DNA of 54,466 nucleotides, counting the filler, from Porpidia crustulata (Eukaryota), in NCBI GenBank assembly GCA_964255105.1. It is 3 parts of 3 records of this genome, joined end to end, with 100 filler letters (N's around TTAATTAATTAA, not from the genome) between each part and the next. Parts side by side here need not be neighbours in the genome. Positions count along the whole stretch, not along the records: positions 36,405 to 54,466 come from CAXUWE010000194.1; 2 more parts are not named here. One strand, 5' to 3'. Position 1 is the stretch's first letter. Every line of letters begins with the position of its first letter. The translations under genes and the position numbers were made by a program. Shown piece by piece: positions 48,782-54,466 of this stretch. The notes beneath the pieces were generated by a model. That model was not told the DNA's origin. It searched no databases and worked only from the letters and a program-made list of their open reading frames with translations.

Positions 48782-51141
48782 TCAAAGCCCACGGTACTTC
48801 CTTCCACGCCTCAAAGGCGTAATGGCCCCAACGTCCAATACCCCCACGTCCTGTTGAGGCGCTGCATCTCCGATCCATCCTGGCATGTTTTCTAGCACAC
48901 CGCGGGTCTCCCGCTCTCCCTCAGATGAATTGATCAGTAGCGGTAATTCATCCACACGCGCCGCGCCCAGCATCATCATGGCCGATGGATCATAATTCAC
49001 AGTCCAGGTATAGGAAAATCTGACGTAAATCCCAAGACCGATTAGTAGGGCCAAGTCGATAGCGAGGAGAACGGAAATGAGAATCACGCCGGCCGGGGAT
49101 ATCTTGACCCGCTCAGAGTCCAAACCGAGGTCGTAATAGATGCCGAGATGTCCATCCCCGCTACCGAGCCATGCTTGACAGGATAGGATGATCCCTGCAT
49201 GCAAGGCATTCTGCATGGCTTCGATGGTGTAGAACGTCTTCAACCACTCGCTTACGGCTGAGTACCCGTCGTTGGCATTTTTAGGCTGCGCGAAAAGCTC
49301 AGACTGTTGTGGAGGACCACCGAGTCTTGCCAACAGGGTAAGTGGGGCGACAACGTGCGCCACTGGCTGGCCTCCTGAGATACCATATAGCACGTTTTCT
49401 CGCTGATCTTGAGCTTGTTGGGAGAGGAACTGTGTGAATTGGGTAGCAATAAACGATCCGGGCTCAAACAAAGCTTTGGTCAACAGGGTGAGGGGTCCCA
49501 AGTTGGCGAAGCTATCAAGTTTATAAGTGCTGTTACTCTCTCCTACCTGAACCGTCCTCTTCGAATGCTGTTGCTTTGAGCAGCCATGTGTACTGTTGTG
49601 GCAGGTCGAGAGGGGGTCTTTGGCGAGCAAGGCACCAGCAGTACGGCTATTATTGTAATTTGGCAGTTCGAAGTATCCAAGAGTAGTGTTGACGACCAAT
49701 TTGAACGTTGCATTTGGTGGATTAGAATCTATGGTCGCAGCATTGTTGAGCGTTCCCCAATTCACGTCCAAGAACATCTGTTCGGTTATATCTTGACGAT
49801 CTCGAGTTGCTCGCCACGGTCCTAATCCGGCTTCTGGCATGCAGACTTGGACATTGAGTAGTGTATCGTTGTATATATAGTGACTGTAGTATGCGTTGGG
49901 CATCAAGTCGCAATCTTTGGGAAATTCCTCGTGCGTGAAATTTGCGTAAAAGACTGAGCTATTCATCCTCGGCATGTACTGAGTGAGGAGTCCTGTCGAA
50001 TAGCCCGAGGGAATCTGTGCGAGGTAAGGGCCAAGCAGTGATGATATGTTAGTCAATGTTGTTCCTCCCTCATAGCATTGGTCAGTGTAATTGAAGTTCG
50101 AAGATGTATTGGCGGCGCACTTGGGTGATCCCTCTTGCCATAACGTTGATTGAAAGTCGTTGTAGGTCACAGAGGCCAGCTCGTTCCGCAGTCGAGCAAC
50201 TGTCATCGAATTATCATGTGTAGCACCGTCCCACACAAGGTCGGGTATATCCGTAGCACGTTGCAGTCCAGGGGTTGAACCAGACTGAAACTTGAAGTTT
50301 GCCTGACCAACGTAGTATTGCTGGAGCGGACCAATTATGAAACCTATTGAAAACTTCATGAGGACATGAAAATTGACTCCTAAATAAGGACACATACCTA
50401 AAGCGTGGAACGCCATGGCGAATACTAAAAATTGGGAGCCCCTTGACCTCCAACCCTTAACAGTGAGTAAAGCAAGCCATACAAGAGGGCTAGTCCAACC
50501 TTTGTCCGCCAGGGTGCTAGTATGTTGCATACTGAGGCGGCGATCTCGACCGAAATTTTGAACATAAACGACCGCTACGCTAGCACATACAGTAGATGTG
50601 AGAGGAATGATCAGGATGTTAGTTATAGAAAGGAGAATCTTGAGCGCACGGAACCAATCAGCATTTCTGTTCATTTTGCGTTGTAGTTCGCCGTGGTAAA
50701 TCTGAACGGATTTCGGATCGTAATCGTAGGTACGCGTTGTCAAAGGTCGCTTATTTTGGACACATAATAGGGTCCAAGTGATGATGGAGAGACACGAGTA
50801 AAGTAATATCTAAATAGACATTACTGTTACTATGGATACCATATATATACTTGGACATTTGGAGTTGAGACAACCACGTTCCTTGAGACTTGGCACGATG
50901 CCAGCATCGTTCAAGGTCGGAGAGCACAGTCCGGAAAACGTACCAGTATAAGTAAGTAGCTCTGTCGAAACATTTCGTTCGATGACGAGGGCGTTTCCTT
51001 CGACAAAGGTCTGTGATCGCTCGAATTGACCAAGTGAACGGAGTCATTGGCCTCGCTCTTTCCATGGTCGTCATCGGGCTCAGCGCGAAGTAAAGAGCTT
51101 GACTGACGAGAAGCCTCTTCCGCTCCGATGGCCATGCTCAT
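48782..51141 (-). CDS. Uncharacterised fungal multi-pass membrane glycoprotein, ~723 aa
   Basis: Exons 51141-50944, 50809-50398, 50343-48782 (2172 nt). Introns 50943-50810 (GTACGT..TTAG) and 50397-50344 (GTATGT..ATAG). About three N-terminal hydrophobic helices (ILIIPLTSTVCASVAVVYVQ, then LADKGW), a large N-x-S/T- and Cys-rich loop (TTLGYFELPNY) and a C-terminal helix. Confidence 0.8.
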
Positions 51142-51795
51142 GATCTACAGTACGAGATCAGTCCCGTCGGACCCAAGAGTGTAAGCACTGGACTATACCT
51201 TACTACCTGAGGTTCTCTAAGTTTCGCATTCAAGTCGCAGATCGCAACGAGGTTAGTTTCAAGCGCCCACTTTGACTTGAGCCTAGCGGATGAGAAAGCA
51301 ATGAGGACGTGAAAGACTTAAGGAATAATAAATAATAACATATCTTTCTTTTTACAGGAGAGTAGGCGGCGGACGCGGGGGTAGTGACTGCGGCACGAAT
51401 CCTTCATAATCCTTCGTATAGACTGTAAAAGGAGCTATCACCAAAGAAAGCTAGCGTAGTGGCGTAGCCATAATTGTTAGTGCGCACCTGCGGTATCAGA
51501 CATGGCATGTACTAGGAAGAACTATTAATCCGGTTCTAGCCTCTCTGTGTTATATGCTGTTTCATAGAAGAGAATCTCATAGTAGGTGAGTAGATCGGAG
51601 GAATGCGGCAGAAATAAGTATACTGCAAAAGCTGTTGTCTCTTGATAGCCCTGAGGTATGTCAATATCGTACAAGAAGTGGGGTCTTGCGTGTAATTCCT
51701 ATCCTATCTCTTCTATGAGGTGTGAGGGTATGCAGTCACCAGTACAGGATATTCGCACAAACACGCCTGATTGAATGCTAGCGTGTCTTTTCGCC

Positions 51796-51830
51796 GATTG
51801 GCGCTAAAGTTTGCGCCAATCCATATATAG
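51796..51830. promoter_or_regulatory. Inverted pair of CCAAT boxes followed by a TATA-like run
   Basis: GATTGGCGC (51796-51804) and GCGCCAATC (51813-51821) are perfect inverted repeats with an 8-nt spacer. ATATATAG follows, about 200 nt upstream of the U2AF65 ATG. Confidence 0.4.
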
Positions 51831-52029
51831 ATAGCTGCTGATGTTAGTCTCACAATGCGGGAGCCTTACCTTTACTCAACCCCCATATCAAAATTCTGTT
51901 TGTGCCACAATCTCGACACGATCCCTCGATACCTCCGGCGTCCATCCTACACTGGTCATCTATTCTACATATTCTTAAGCCTGCGTAGAGTGATCTACAT
52001 TGTTACCACTTCAAAGACTGCGCCGTAAT

Positions 52030-54198
52030 ATGAACGGCGACAGCTATTCATCAAGAGGCATGGCATCAACAACCACCCTGCCACGGATTCGCAAGCATGA
52101 ACCTGACACCACTAACCCCACAAATGCAGATGCTGGACGCTATGGGTCATCGCGAGATCACTACGTAAGCCCACAAGTCCCATATTAGTCGGAGGTAGCT
52201 GACGTTCTCTGTATGTGCAGTCTTCTCGAGACGATCGTCGAGGCGGAGATCGAGACCGGGACTATGGACGTGGCGGGGATCGAAGACGCTCAAGGTCACC
52301 AGGTCATCGCAGCTCCAGGCCGTCCAGACGAGATATGGAAGTAGACTCGTATTCATCAAGCCGAGACTACAGAGCGCGGGAGCGGGAAGATCGATACTCT
52401 GGGAGAGATGGTGGCCGTGATGATAGAGCTTGGGATCGAGACAGGGGCGATCGAGGTGATAGGGGAGACAGAGGAGACAGGGGAGACAGAGGAGACAGGG
52501 GAGCCAGGGGAGACAGGGGAATGTCAAGACGAGACGCTAGACGTGACGACGATGACAGACCACCAAGGCGAGACAGAGATCTTTTTGAGGCCCGGAATGA
52601 TCGTGGCCGGGGTGGTGGTGGTCGGGGCGGTAGAAGCGACCGTGATGAATTTGCAATGCAAATGAGCGGAAGAGACAGAAAGAAAAGCGCTAGCCCTCCA
52701 CCCAAAAAGAAGGAACCTACGCCAGACCTTACGGACACCGTACCAATTATAGAGAGAAAGAGAAGATTGACACAATGGGACATTAAGCCACCTGGGTACG
52801 AAAATGTTACGGCAGAGCAAGCGAAGCTTTCGGGTGAGTATCTGATGCATCAACTTAATTGGTTGGATTGCTGACCATCACAGGCATGTTTCCATTACCC
52901 GGAGCACCTCGCCAACAACCAATGGATCCCAGCCGACTACAGGCTTTCATGAACCAGCCCAGTGGTTCCGCCGGTAACGCAGCTCTCAAGCCGTCCAACG
53001 CTCGGCAATCGAAGCGTCTCTTCGTCCATAATCTTCCCTCAACAGCTACGGACGAGGGCGTCGTCAGCTTCTTCAATCTTCAGCTAAATGGTCTCAATGT
53101 TATAGAAGGGTCAGATCCATGCATATCGTGTCAAATCTCGAAAGAAAGAGCTTTTGCACTTTTGGAATTCAAGCAACCTGGCGATGCGACTGTGGCTTTG
53201 GCTTTAGATGGCATTCAGATGGAGGATAACGACGCCATGGACACATCTAATGGAATTGGGAACGGCGCTGCTCAAGGACTATCGGTTCGCCGACCAAAGG
53301 ATTATATTGTACCTTCTGTGGTTGACGACGCCGAAATCGAGGAAGGCTTTGTTTCGCCCGTGGTTCCCGACACCCAAAATAAAATCAGCGTAACGAACCT
53401 CCTACCGAATCTCACAGATGATCAGGTAGTCGAGCTGTTAGTTGCCTTTGGACAACTCAAGGCCTTCGTCCTTGTCAAGGACAGCAGCACCGAGGAATCC
53501 AGAGTAGGTCACAAAAGCCCTTTTCCCTCGGCATATACTTATACACTTACAGGGCATCGCTTTCTGTGAATATCTCGACCCCGCCGCCACCGATATTGCA
53601 GTCGAAGGCCTCAACGGCATGGAACTCGGCGACAAGCATCTGAGAGTGCAACGCGCCAGCATCGGCGCCACCCAAGCATCCGGCCTCGAAATGGGCGTCA
53701 ACGCCATGTCCATGCTCGCCGGCACAACTTCAAACGATCTCGAGGAAGGACGCGTGCTGCAGCTTCTCAACATGGTCACGCCCGAGGAACTGATCGACAA
53801 CGCCGACTACGAAGGTACCCCATTTCCCAACCCACGCTTCTCTCCTTTTGAAAACCACAAATCTTACTAACCCCACCTCACACAAAACAGAAATCTGCGA
53901 AGACGTCCAGGAAGAGTGCGAAAAGTATGGCGCCGTGCTCGAGATGAAGGTGCCCCGCCCCAGCGGCGGCAGCAGGCAATCCAACGGCGTCGGCAAGATC
54001 TTCGTCAAGTACGACAATGCGGATTCGGCGCGCAAGGCGTTGCAGGCGCTGGCTGGGAGGAAGTTTGCGGATCGCACGGTTGTCACGACGTATTTTGCCG
54101 AGGTGAGTGCCGTCCTTTCCCCCCCCTTTGTTTTCTTTGGAGTCAATGGACATACTAACAAAGCTTGAAAGGAAAACTTCGAAGTCAACGCTTGGTAG
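52030..54198 (+). CDS. U2AF2: Splicing factor U2AF large subunit (U2AF65), ~598 aa
   Basis: Exons 52030-52057, 52130-52164, 52221-52833, 52884-53503, 53553-53814, 53891-54102, 54172-54198 (1797 nt). RS/RD-rich N-terminus, ULM RKRRLTQWDIKPPGYE, RRM1 (KRLFVHNLP), RRM2 (AFVLVKD..SRGIAFCEY) and UHM (VLQLLNMV..LAGRKFADRTVVTTY). Ends ENFEVNAW*. Confidence 0.96.
52446..52517 (+). repeat. Coding 9-nt tandem repeat encoding (GDR)x8 in U2AF65
   Basis: GGCGATCGA GGTGATAGG GGAGACAGA GGAGACAGG GGAGACAGA GGAGACAGG GGAGCCAGG GGAGACAGG; one unit encodes GAR. Confidence 0.9.
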
Positions 54199-54466
54199 AT
54201 AGGGCGTCATACGCACAGTATTTTTTATTTCCTGTAGATCAAGGAGGCAATTAGTGTGTTCATCCTAAGTATGAAAACTAGCTCGTGCAATGAGCTCCCC
54301 CCTTTCCCCCAATTTTAAAAGACCTCTTGTCCGATTTTTTCAACGGAGATGTAATTTATCACGAGAGGGATTTTTGAAAGGCGATGGAGGCGAGTGTTGA
54401 AAGTATTCAATCAATACACCACCATCGCCGCCAGTAAAATTTCCTTTCCCTCTCCCCCTCCCCCTC

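Noticed and set aside
50810..50943. 134-nt intron as a possible stwintron (nested intron)
   Set aside because: A single GT-AG excision gives the correct frame, whereas the nested reading I tried shifts the frame.
1..54466. tRNA, snoRNA, rRNA, CRISPR arrays or transposons
   Set aside because: No cloverleaf, convincing C/D box pair, spaced repeat array, TIR/LTR or transposase/RT motif seen by eye. A tRNAscan-SE/Infernal run would be needed to exclude small RNAs.

Overview
Gene-dense nuclear DNA of a filamentous ascomycete (Pezizomycotina; short GT-AG introns with CTRAY branch sites). It consists of three contigs joined by artificial 100-nt linkers (44 N + TTAATTAATTAA + 44 N at 18115-18214 and 36305-36404). 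Genes in order: cytosolic leucyl-tRNA synthetase (3'-truncated), a small conserved membrane protein, a DOCK-family GEF, a DUF726 protein, an Msp1-like AAA ATPase (cut by a gap), the 4155-aa HECT ligase TOM1, enoyl-CoA reductase TSC13, a secreted LIP-type lipase, RAX2, OGG1, an uncharacterised membrane glycoprotein and splicing factor U2AF65. Most of the window is housekeeping. I found no RNA genes, CRISPR arrays or recognisable transposons. The best leads are: (1) a decayed island at about 43.6-48.7 kb holding a head-to-head pair of dead GliT-like thioredoxin reductase genes, one with a reconstructable non-canonical CXXQ site and one killed by a microhomology-flanked deletion; (2) a recurrent C-rich to G-rich composition flip at gene 3' ends and in one intergenic tract; (3) a weak, in-frame GC-AG first intron in U2AF65. 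All exon models were read by eye, family assignments come from recalled motifs, and no database search was run.
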